Source of the DNA: Macrostomum lignano
Lineage: Eukaryota
Length of the DNA: 38,383 nt
Direction of reading: 5' to 3'
Assembly (NCBI GenBank): GCA_002269645.1
Contig: NIVC01003911.1
Span: forward strand, 1-38,383
Shown: one piece after another, positions 1-10,537 of the stretch
How positions within the stretch are numbered: the stretch's first letter is position 1
Layout: every line of letters starts with the position of its first letter
Program-made: the position numbers and the translations under genes
The notes under the pieces: generated by a model
Told to the model about the DNA's origin: nothing
The model's input: the letters and a program-made list of their open reading frames with translations, nothing else
Databases searched by the model: none

Positions 1-790
1 ATCTAGATGCTACGTTTGAGAATTTTGATGCCATTTTTTCAGAGATCTAGATGTCATTTTTGAGAGATCTAGATGTCATTTTTTGAGAGATCTAGATGCC
101 ATTTTTGAGAGATCTAGATGTCATTTTGAGAGATCTAGATGCTACGTTTGAGAGATTTAGATGCCATTTTTTCAGAGATTAGATGTCATTTTGAGAGATC
201 TAGATGTCATTTTTTGAGAGATCTAGATGCCATTTTGAGAGATCTAGATGTCATTTTTGAGAGATCTAGATGCCATTTTTGAGAATCTAGATGTCATTTT
301 GAGAGATCTAGATGTCATTTTTGAGAGATCTAGATGTCATTTTTGAGAGATCTAGATGCCCTTTTTGAGAGATCTAGATGTCATTTTTGAGAGATCTAGA
401 TGCCATTATTGAAGATCTAGATGCCATTTTTCAGAGATCTAGATGTCATTTTGAGAGATCTAGATGTCATTTTTGAGAGATCTAGATGCCATTATTGAGA
501 GATCTAGATGCCATTTTTTCAGAGATCTAGATGTCATTTTTGAGAGATCTAGATGTCATTTTTGAGAGATCTAGATGCCATTTTTGAGAGATCTAGATGT
601 CATTTTTTCAGAGATCTAGATGTCATTTTTGAGAGATCTAGATGCTACGTTTGAGAGATTTAGATGCCATTTTTTCAGAGATCTAGATGCCATTTTGAGA
701 GATCTAGATTCCATTTTTGAAAAATCTAGATGCTTTTTCGAGAGATCTAGATGCGATTTTTTCATTTAGTTGTTTTTGGGAGATTCAGAT
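1..790. repeat. Tandem minisatellite, ~22-23-bp unit (GAGAGATCTAGATG(T/C)CATTTTT), lying in a PDCD4 intron
   Basis: Over 30 directly visible copies with variable T-run length, each containing the palindrome ATCTAGAT. Degenerates after ~700. Confidence 0.95.
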
Positions 791-879
791 GCAATTTTTG
801 AGAAAATCTGGAACAACTCGATGCTTATCTAGACGTAAAGTAAAAAATAAAAAAACACACAAACGTGAAGATTTCCCAC

Positions 880-2013
880 CTCTTTAACCTGGCCGTGCTC
901 AAAGTACTCCTTAACCAGCGCAGTGAACTGCTCCTCAAACTGCTCCATGGTCAGCTTCGGCACAGTCAGCTGCAGTCGGACAGTGTCCTGACTGTCCGAA
1001 TCATAGTTCGGATCGTTCTCGTCCAGCACGCCGACAGCGTCCAGCTCGCTGCCCGGCTGGCCCCAGACGCCTTTGCCGCCGCGCCGCCTTTCTTTGGCAG
1101 GCCGCGGAGGCCCGTGCGGCTCTTCCGGCTGTTCTTGCCAGGGCCGCGGCGGCGGAAGCGACGGCAGGGGCGCCGCCGGATGACGAGGCTGAGCCGCCGT
1201 CTGGTGAACGACGGAGCCGCCGTTGGTCTCGGGGGCGCCGGAGTGATGATGCGCGCCGGTGCCAACTACGGTTGCCATGGCGCCAGGGAAGGACACTCGG
1301 TGATGGCGCTTGGCGCGCTTGAACACGCGCAGTTCGCGCGCATGGCGTCGGGAGGGTCTTCGGCAACCTGCGGCAGCCAATGGGGGAGTCCTGAGCTGTT
1401 GAATCTCACCTTTGATGACTGCCTAAATCTCAGCTGGATATCTAACATGTCATTGAAATCTCACACCCTAATGACTTATACTGGTCCCTAAATCTCACTC
1501 CTCAAATGACTCATACTGGTCCCTAAATCTCACTCCTCAAATGACTCATACTGGTCCCTAAATCTCACTCCTCAAATGACTCATATTGGTCCCTAAATCT
1601 CACTCCTCAAATGACTCATATTGGTCCTAAATCTCACTCCTCAAATGACTCATATTGGTCCCTAAATCTCACTCCTCAAATGACTCATATTGGTCCCTAA
1701 ATCTCACCACTCTAATGACTCATACTGGTCCCTAAAGTGTCACCCCTCGAATGACTCATACTGGTCTGTAAATCTCACCCCTAATGACTTGCACTGGCCC
1801 CTAAATCTCAAGGTTGTCACTACATATCCTCAAGTTAATTTTTGAAGTCAAGTGAAATTTCAGAAACACGCAGACACCCAACTTACAATGCCGCCGCCGT
1901 CACCCGCTCCAGCCGACTCATCGATGGGATCTTCATCAACCAGCTGCTGGTCAACAAAGTCGTCTTCGTTGATAAAATCCGGGTCATTATTGCAACTCGA
2001 CGGTGTGACATGA
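880..2013 (-). CDS. PDCD4: Programmed cell death protein 4 (MA3-domain eIF4A inhibitor), 5' exons only, with apparent 1-bp frameshift(s)
   Basis: Exon ~1395/1390-880 encodes KNSRKSRTGLRGLPKKGG, then after a frame change at ~1081 GGKGVWGQPG...DENDPNYDSD...LVKEYFEHGQVKE. This matches the PDCD4 motifs RGLPKKGGAGGKGVWG, DPNYD and IIQEYFEHG (recalled). Donor GTGGGA at 879. A probable upstream acidic exon at 2013-1887 has donor GTAAGT at 1886. The rest of the gene lies left of the window. Confidence 0.88.
1470..1805. repeat. 35-bp tandem minisatellite (CTGGTCCCTAAATCTCACTCCTCAAATGACTCATA) in a PDCD4 intron
   Basis: About 9-10 copies with period 35 (CTGGT at 1481 and 1516). Eight copies carry ATGACTCAT. 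Confidence 0.93.
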
Positions 2014-2299
2014 CTAAATTTACAATATTGATTTTTTAAATAGCTAGAATTATCTGCGCTATCACTTTGAGGTTTGAGGAACAAAGTTTTGACCCCGGCA
2101 ACTGAGGACAACTTCACCGGAATTGAACAAAGCAGGAAGCGGGAGAAACAGGTTTGAAGCGCCGAGGCGAGCCTCTTAACAGTTCAATTTGATAAGATTG
2201 TGCTCGATAAGATGCTTTTCAATCCAACAGGATTCTAATCGCCCGTTCTAAAGGGGCAATTTTTGAGCTGGAATGCAAGAGAGAGGGAGTTCCTGTAGT

Positions 2300-2615
2300 T
2301 AATAATAATATAATAATCATTAATTTAATTACACCTGCCCTAATACCTAATGAGCAGATGAGCAATGATGAGAATGAGCAACCGACAGCTCAGCCGCAGC
2401 TATTGCGCGGCGCATCTGAAGGCTGCGTACGGCTGTTCAGTCCAAGGGGGTCGCCACACACCCTCAATTACCCCAGCTAATGCTGGCACCCATTTTACAG
2501 CTGGGTGAACTGAAGCATTGCAGAGTTAAGTGTCTTGCTCAAGGACACAAATTGTTCCTAGTGAGTCGAGAATCGAACCCCGACCTTTCAGTCGTGAGCT
2601 TGCGGCTAAAACATG
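2300..2615 (-). mobile_element. tRNA-derived SINE, copy A
   Basis: Reverse complement of the copy at ~12255-12550. Minus-strand B-box GGTTCGATTCTC, central TGTGTCCTTGAGCAAGACACTTAACTC...CAGCTGTAAAATGGG, and a (TAT)n-like tail. Confidence 0.8.
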
Positions 2616-3300
2616 AGCAGACCTCCTAACTAGGTTTCTGAATAAAATTATCTGAAAAATAGTCAAAAATGCTTTCAAACACGCAAGAGCAGAGCTAAGA
2701 GTGGAGCGACTGCAACAGGGCGTACGCATAACAAAAATTGCGCACTGATTCTTACACACAGCTGGGAAACAAGGACCGAGACACCAGCTTGAAAATTTTC
2801 GAGTCAACTTACTTGAGTTTGAGCACACAAAACGCACTCGTGCATGCTAAAAGCAGGTACAGCAGCAGACTATTTTGAATATGCCACTCTACACCTGTTC
2901 TCACTCGCTGAGAGAGAACACAGACCAGTGTAGAACCCTGGATACCTGGCGAATGCACTTAATTCCGAAATTGTTTTCGAATCTATAAATAAATAACTCC
3001 TGCACTTTAAACATTACTGCAATAATCATTTTAGATAGAAACTTCAGATAGCATTGCAGTCTATCAACAAGAAACTTTATACAAGAGAAGTTAAACTTGT
3101 GAACTTGATAAGGAAAGCCTGCTTCAACCTGGCGACTAGCTGAAATCTTGTCAGATAAGCAAGCATATAGTAGTGTAAAAACACAAAATTCCAGTCAAAA
3201 TATTTTATAAAACTATATTTTTATAGTCTCTAAAGTGCCTACTGAGCAATGAAACTATAATAATGTTACTGGTGGACCAGTATGGCGCTCTGATGTGCCA

Positions 3301-3780
3301 GCAGCCCAGGCTTGATTCCAAGTGCAGTCACATTGATTTTGGGGCTATATTGAAATCTTGGCTTGGGTCTGCTTGTGCCAATCCCCATGCCCAAGGCACA
3401 GTAAATTGTGCATGCTTAACAAAAAAATGAGGGCCACTGTACACTCTTGTGCAAGTGTATGCCTGTGCATGGGACTATATATATATGTATTTTTTTATTA
3501 GAGGCAGGGGGGTTGTGTGCACCCTGGCACACTTTAAGCAACATAGGCACACAACCGGCGAGAGGCATTACTGCCCATTCCACCAACTCCCCTGAGCAGG
3601 CATACAAGCGCGCAGATACATTATGCAGGCACACACTCACATAGGAGTGTACAGCAGCCCTAACTTTATCAATTGTTAGGCATGTACACTTCACTGCGCC
3701 TTGGGGGTTGGCTCTCTAGGCCATTAATTGCACAAGCAAGCCAAGCCGAAATTCCAATTCAGCCCCAAATTAATGTGGCT
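3301..3780. mobile_element. Dispersed non-coding repeat family, copy 1, made of two diverged arms in inverted orientation
   Basis: The left arm (~3301-3470) matches 11265-11440 and 27358-27780 in the forward sense. The right arm (~3490-3780) matches them in reverse complement (shared CCCAAGGC(A/G)CAGTGAAGTGTACATGCCTAA...AGGGC(C/T)GCTGTACACTCCT). Confidence 0.7.
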
Positions 3781-4761
3781 TTTATTTATAAATACATTGA
3801 TATAAAATGAAACATTTAAAAAATCTAAAAATAAACAAAATTCTTTGAAAATTAATATCTAAGCCTATTTTTATGTATTAAATATACTATATGCTTATGC
3901 TAACTATATTATAATAGATAGAAAGATCTTATTTGGCTATCCAAGTACTTTGCCATAAGCTAAACTGTTATACCATATTGCATTACACTTTGCCATTATG
4001 CTATACTGTCATATTACACTATACAATATTATGCCTCATTGGTTTATTATTGAACTACAATGCTATACCATATCTAAGATTATACTACATACCATAACAT
4101 TATATTGCATTATACTACCAGCTTAATCTTGCTAGATCTATTGCAACCAAGGTTTGAGTAGCACTGGATACCTTGAGAGCAAAAGCTTACTATAACAAAT
4201 AATTTTGTTTTTAACATTGCAGATTGTTGATAGAGATATACAAGTTTGATTCCAAAGCTATTATCAATTGGTACAACTCTAATGACAGGCTAGACTAAGA
4301 CTTTGTGTTTATAGAATGAATATAATTAAACTACAAATTTTGGACCATACTTATCTATTTAATTTTGTGATATGATCTCTTTAATATAAATCTGTTATTG
4401 GTATAACCACACTCCAGATCACATAGTATATGCCTAAAAATTTGAGTGTGCATTGGCATTGTATCACTCCTAAGAAAATAGTGTATATGCATATTTGGTA
4501 TGCACTTTATAGAATCACATAGAAGAGTTATTATGAAGTAGAAAATAGATGAAGAAAATTTATTTTTAAGCCTTAATTCTAAGCTTTCTAGGTTTTTTAA
4601 GCTTGTAATAAAGCATTTAAACAAATATTTGCCTGTATCAATTTTTTGCTATAAATAGTATTGTAAAAAAGCATAAAAATCAACTAAATTATTTGCCAAA
4701 AAGGATCCATTGGCATTATGCAATTCAAAACAAGTCATTTATTGTCACAATCATACATACA

Positions 4762-4927
4762 CAACCTTGGGAATCACTTGGCCATTTCTATTGGCAACAT
4801 ACATATGTAAGTCACTATTGGCTAAGAGCAATCATGTGACTACTATTCCGTCCTAACAATATACAATAGTAGCCTAACTTACATATGTATGTTGCCAATA
4901 GAAACAGCCAGGTGAATCCCTAGGTTG
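4762..4927. repeat. Inverted repeat / miniature foldback element with ~51-bp arms
   Basis: 4762-4812 pairs with 4877-4927. The inner 28 bp (TTTCTATTGGCAACATACATATGTAAGT) are perfectly complementary. Confidence 0.85.
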
Positions 4928-5013
4928 CGCCCAAGCATGGTCACAATGTAAAAAAGGTCATTTATTGTTGCAACATTGGCATAGTTTTGTGAATAGGCAT
5001 GCATTTAATTTTT

Positions 5014-6109
5014 GGGTCCTAGTCATTTTGTCAACTGGCTTTTCGTCAACTGGCCATTTCGTCAACTCAGTTTTTGCATTGGTCATTTCATCAACTAGCC
5101 AATGAACCAGTCTCAAACCTCAGTCACTTCGTCAACTGACCAACGGGGAGTTCCCCAACATTGGTCACTTCGTCAACTGCCAATAAACTACCCCCTGCAG
5201 CCACAAAAATACTAAAACTGAACCCTGAAATGACTAAGTCGACAGGCTAATTAATATATAGATAGATACCTTTCTGCGCAATATCTGCTGGCTTCAATCG
5301 ATTGATGCGTCTCTGACTGTGCATTAACAAACAATAATTCACCAGGTATGTAAAACGTGTGTAGTATGACATGGTTGATATCCCATATTACACATTTGCA
5401 TGACAAATTTTTGGATGTACATATAGAAATTCATTAAGGAGTAGTTGATGGGTACTGGACTAATGTATAATAATGCTTGAAAATGGTCCACTCTACATGG
5501 TCCAGAGCAGCTTCGGTTGACTGCGCACAGCAGCGGGGTGGAGGGTTGGCAAGACGCACGCAGTGCACCAATTTTCACGACTCCACAGGGGACTATTAGC
5601 AGTTCTCCTGATGCATTTTGATAGTATGAATGCCCACCATATAGTGGACGCATGTACATGTATTGTATGTGATTGCATAAAACATAAATGCTTAAGATTC
5701 ATTGACGCCTAGACGCATATAGGTATAAATGTGCATAGGTGATGCATTTACATCTAGAATATTTGCATTGGAACATTTAACCTATCAAATACATGTATAA
5801 TGGGCAGGTCATGCAGTTAACATAATGACTGACTATACACTAACGAAATTGCAAAGTTTGATCATTTCAAATAAAATTAGGTAATTATTAAAAAAAACTC
5901 ATCAATATAACAACTATTGTAAGCTACGCTGCTGTATGAACTGCTGTATATTATTCATATAATGATAATTTTGGTCACTTCGTCAACAAGCAAATGGGGA
6001 GGACCTAGGCATTGGTCATTTCGTCAACCACCAGTAAAGTCACCTTAATACTTTGGTCACTTTGTCAACTGAGTTGACGAAATGCCAGTTGACACAATGA
6101 CCATCACCC
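5014..6109. mobile_element. Non-autonomous DNA transposon (MITE-like, 1096 bp), superfamily unassigned
   Basis: Imperfect TIRs GGGT..GTCATT(T/G)TGTCAACTGGC..TTTCGTCAACT. Exact 8-bp TSD TAATTTTT at 5006-5013 and 6110-6117. Clustered subterminal GGTCA(C/T)TTCGTCAAC motifs at both ends. No transposase ORF. Confidence 0.8.
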
Positions 6110-7810
6110 TAATTTTTTGGCATATTGTAATTATTCAATTTTTGTTTAGGTATGCACCTAGGACCTAGCATAATCTGGACTACACCTATGGTGATATAGG
6201 CCTAACTGTAATTTAAAACCTATAAGCTTTTATTAAAGAATCATCAAAGATATATTATAAAATAAAAAATAAACATATAAACTTGTATATATGCAATTCC
6301 AAATTGTCAGGCTTAGGCCTTAGCCCTATATAGGTAGAATAGGCCTAGGCCTACTTTTTACATGATTGGCAAAAACCAAAAAAAATGTTCAGATTAAACT
6401 TTAGGCGTTAGGCCTAATTTAGAAAAACTATTTTAATCTATTATACTAGGTATTTAGGCCTAGCCTAGCCTAGGCTTACTCAATAAAATAAAAAAACTAG
6501 GCCCCTAGGCCTAATTTTAAATAACTAGGCTATTATTAATACTTGGCATATTCTGCTTATACTAGGCTAATTATACTATAAGTATTAGTAGGCTCTTGTC
6601 TTATTAGCCTATATTAGGTCCTTTAATATCATTGTGATGCTAGGCCCTTACTTTTTATTAGGCCTAGGCCTATAATATAAGGGCCTGTTCATAGCAAAAA
6701 TTGAAAATTTGAAAATTTTAAACTAGGTCAAGGCCTACTCTACTCTTGGGTCCTGACAGCACAAATGTGATTTTAATTTAATTCAACACTGGCCAGATGT
6801 TGATCTATAGATGCTAGGATTGCTAGGCCCTATGCAATATGCAAATAGGCCTATTAAGCAAAAACCAAATGCTATTCAGTGTTCAATCGGCAATCCATGA
6901 AAAATTAATAACAATATAATACTTTGCTGATAGGCAAGGTTTAACAGGCCTAGTCACTAGTAGTCCTCACTATGCCAGGCAAGCTCTCTGAGCTCTGGCC
7001 TCGGGCCTAGATCTAGGCCTAGTCAAGATTAATTTAATACAATTCAATCGTCTTGTTCACTATCCGTCTTTTCTGCGCTTTTGTAAAGATCACTGACTGA
7101 CTTACTATTATCCTTTATAAATCTTGTAAATATTAAAATTGATAGCGGCAAAATCGATCCCATGCAGCAACGGCGACGTAGAAGAGCATAAAAAATTGTA
7201 AATCCAGGCACCTGTCAAAACCCGAACGACGATCACGGTGCATAGTTTTGTCATATTTATTTTAAAGGACAAGCAACAGCAAATCATGTGGTTAGTAAAT
7301 TTAACAAATTTTTCGAATATTGCTTCTTTATCAAGCAACGGGTAACTATTAAATATGTAATATGATGCCCCAATACTTGAAAAAATATTTTTCAGTCTTC
7401 TGTTTAGCCAGAAGGCAAATAAAGAAAACTGTGCGTCTATGTACATATGTACTTATAGTTGTGAATATGTTCTTAACGGAAGATTTTCACGAACAGTTGC
7501 TCTACAACCAGAATAACTCTTATTCAAGCTCCAAGAAATCCAGAATCAGAATTCGGTAGGAAAACAAACTTTGATCAATAAATTAAGACACAAGCAAGTT
7601 CAAAAAATCCCTGCTACGAGCGATAGTTAGAGAACTGCATGCACACAGTTCGGGAACCTTTTTTGAAAACGGAACCAACAAAATGAAAAGTTTTAAAAAC
7701 ATTCATGCCCAGTTCTGTTTTGGAAAATTAAAAGCTGGTGATCAAAGCTGCAAGTAATCTGCTTAGCTATATTTTTTTATTTCTGACTAACTAATCTTTC
7801 TCGTATTCTT

Positions 7811-8674
7811 CAGTGGCGTAGTAGGCAAGGGGGCATACGGGGATGTATCCCCCCCCCGTGGGCCTGGTCGGTGGGTGTAAGAAATTGATAAGTTTCTAAA
7901 TAAGATTAATTTTCTTGTGAACTGCCCATTAGGCCAGCAAGTACAAGTAGCAGCAGCACTCTGTGACGATTAAATGGCAGACTCGGGATCAAATGACGAA
8001 GGCGAATACAACAGAGGCAAATTTTGTAGCGGTAGCACTCGATGATAGTAACGAATGATGCGGGCGATGGCCGCAGTTCTCATTTATTGTACCCGTATGA
8101 GTGGGTAGTTAGGGCTCGTTAGTTATCAATTCCGTCTGAGTAGTTATTAATATAGGGCCTGAGTATTTTGCTGAATCCGTAAAGGAATGCACTGGGCGGC
8201 TGCGCAACAATAAGATAGATGATAGAGCGAGTTGATGAGCCTGAGGCAATGGCGATGATGTGATGGCAGCGATCGTATGGTGGTGGTACTCGTAGCAAGA
8301 ACCCCGTACAAACGCGCCCCAGCCAGACAGAACTGATAACGAGCGGGCTGGAGGTGGGTGCGCGACAAAGCTTAATTTCAGGCTAGCATAATATGCGCGG
8401 CTTTCCTATTGGCCGGCGCGATAACCAACTTGAAAACAGAAATTATCGACCGCATTGTACATAGGCTTTACGAACGCCACGCAATAAATATTGTTTAAAT
8501 TTCCTTGGGCATTACTATAAGCAGACGTTAGAGTACGAGACCATCAGATTAACAATATTATAGAATTGGCACTGCTGTCGCTAAAATGGCCCTTGTCGGG
8601 CCACCTCAACTGACAACGTCACAACTCATATCCCTGCATCCCCCCGTCAGAAATTCCTGGCTACGCCCCTGCTG
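7811..8674. mobile_element. hAT-type non-autonomous DNA transposon (864 bp)
   Basis: Ends CAGTGGCGTAG... and ...CTACGCCCCTGCTG. Exact 8-bp TSD GTATTCTT at 7803-7810 and 8675-8682. An 8-bp TSD with CAG termini is typical of hAT elements. Confidence 0.8.
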
Positions 8675-8859
8675 GTATTCTTGCTCCAAATTTCTCTATC
8701 GTGAGTCGTGACCAGTTTGATCTCTTCTAGCACACCGGCATTGCTCTGCTGTCTTCGAGAACGAAATCTCGTCCTCATGAGCTCCTGCACCATGGGAGTG
8801 TACAACACTACTAAGCGATCGAGTTTGGGGAAGACAATTAATCTATCATTCTCCACTAA

Positions 8860-9250
8860 AGCAGTCAATAAAGGTACGTGGATCCATGTGGGCCTTCCTG
8901 GCAACGAACTGGCCGATACCCTGGTCAGGTTGGCTCGACTCGGTCTTTGTCCATGGTCGCGCCTTGGCCTTCACTCACCGCCGTTTCCACTCCCATGGCC
9001 CTGCTTGGACTCAACCGAGCGGGACATCAGGGCTGTAACTACGGCCCTCTCTAATCATGTCTGTTCTGCCAGGCATCACTATACCTTCAAGGAAAATTCT
9101 TTCCGGTGTTGAGAATACGGAACACTTATCTGTGAATGCCCCCACCTATACTCATTCAGGACACTGCAGGCGCACAGCTACCTCGCGGCTTAATTAAAGC
9201 TGGGATCTCTTTGACGTTTTCAGGCCCGAGGATTTGTGACAGCTCGTCCG
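8860..9250 (+). pseudogene. Degenerate non-LTR retrotransposon 3' fragment (RNase H C-terminus)
   Basis: WIHVGLPGNELADTLVR resembles the LINE RNase H motif W(I/V)PSHVGIPGNExADxLA. The surrounding frame is broken. Confidence 0.55.
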
Positions 9251-9889
9251 CTACCTATAGGGCTACTGGGTGAGCAACCATTCACCTCTTAGACTCTCCA
9301 AAAAGGGGACCTCTACGTACAGACACCGGCACCACGCGCGTCCCGGATCTCAGCTATGTATTTTCAGCTAAGTTTTATTGCTTTTGTAGATTGTTGTAAG
9401 CATCATTGCACAAAACTCGTGCAAAGTCAATTAATTCACATGTATACGACATATGCGCACCTACCTAATTTTACACATGTACCGGTGTTAAATGCGTTCA
9501 TTAAAGGGCGTATATGATGACAAGTTGGTACATGTCTACTTTAAAAAACATTTTACAGCTTTCTTGATTTTTGAAACTACATTGAGAATGTCAACTAAAA
9601 GTAAAAGGACGATTTCGAACGACTCATAAGCAACATATGATACATGTGAACCTCATTAGTACACCACCTAGACCATATGTCCAAAGCCAAAATTCAAAGA
9701 AGGTAATTGATAAACAATAAATTCATAGTCAGCACTAGCAGCATCAACATAAATCTTTAATCCAGCAGAAATCTGCTTCATGCACGCAAATAAAACGCGT
9801 ATAATTCATTAAAGCAAAACATCTAAACACAAATATTGATTGCCAATAATTTGTCAACAATGTATTTCTTCATTTCCATACCGCGCCGT

Positions 9890-10537
9890 TCAGCCTGACT
9901 GGTATTCGGCGGTATTATTTCGATATTTGGCAAAGTAGGCGAAGAACTTGGCAAACGCCTTGGCCCGATGATGATGCCGATAGCGCTCCGCTGCCTCCAT
10001 TTCGGCCAGGCTCTGGTCCTGACCGTCCGGTGCGAACAGCGGCAGCCAGCCGTGGACTGGCGGGCCTCGCGGCTCCGTAAGCAGTCGGCCGCGGCACTCG
10101 CCGTGGAACAGTCGGATCTCGCGGCCGGGACCTGGGCAGTAAGCCACAATGGACTTGGCCACGGCCGATTTGTCTGGGTAAGCGGCCAGCAGGCTTGGCA
10201 GGCGTTCGTTGCGTAGAGCCTTCCAGAACCACTTGATGTAGGGTCCTGGCAGGCCGTTGAGAGCTGTGAGCTCTAGACTCGTGTCCTCTATGAGCACAGC
10301 TGGACCATTGAGCAGTTGGGCTGCCATTCGACACTTCTCCGTGGCGATCTCCTGATGGGAGCCCTGCAGCTCTACTAAGTCGAGATCTTGAACAGTGAAC
10401 GCGTCAGTTAGCTGACAGTCAGACAGGAGCTGGTTGAAGTCTTCCAGTTTGCCCTGATTGCCAGTGACAAATATCACTGGTTGCTGGGATAAATTTGGCT
10501 GCTTCAGCTGCTGCTGCAGAGATTTATCCGTAGTCAT
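9890..10537 (-). CDS. ITPA: Inosine triphosphate pyrophosphatase / HAM1-family protein, intronless, 215 aa, divergent substrate pocket
   Basis: True ATG at 10537 and an uninterrupted ORF. Motifs VIFVTGNQGKLE, DLVELQG, EKC, LIEDT, LNGLPGPYIKWF, YPDKSA, GW.P and HR align with human ITPA (recalled). FGWDP is replaced by HGWLP and KNAVSHR by RYRHHHR. Confidence 0.9.
   Translation of the reverse strand: MTTDKSLQQQLKQPNLSQQPVIFVTGNQGKLEDFNQLLSDCQLTDAFTVQDLDLVELQGSHQEIATEKCRMAAQLLNGPAVLIEDTSLELTALNGLPGPYIKWFWKALRNERLPSLLAAYPDKSAVAKSIVAYCPGPGREIRLFHGECRGRLLTEPRGPPVHGWLPLFAPDGQDQSLAEMEAAERYRHHHRAKAFAKFFAYFAKYRNNTAEYQSG

Noticed and set aside
7108-7559. AT-rich ORFs at 7108-7446 and 7362-7559 (also 4355-4624 and 31265-31504)
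   Set aside because: Non-ATG or weak starts, codon usage unlike the host genes, and no motifs; consistent with chance ORFs.
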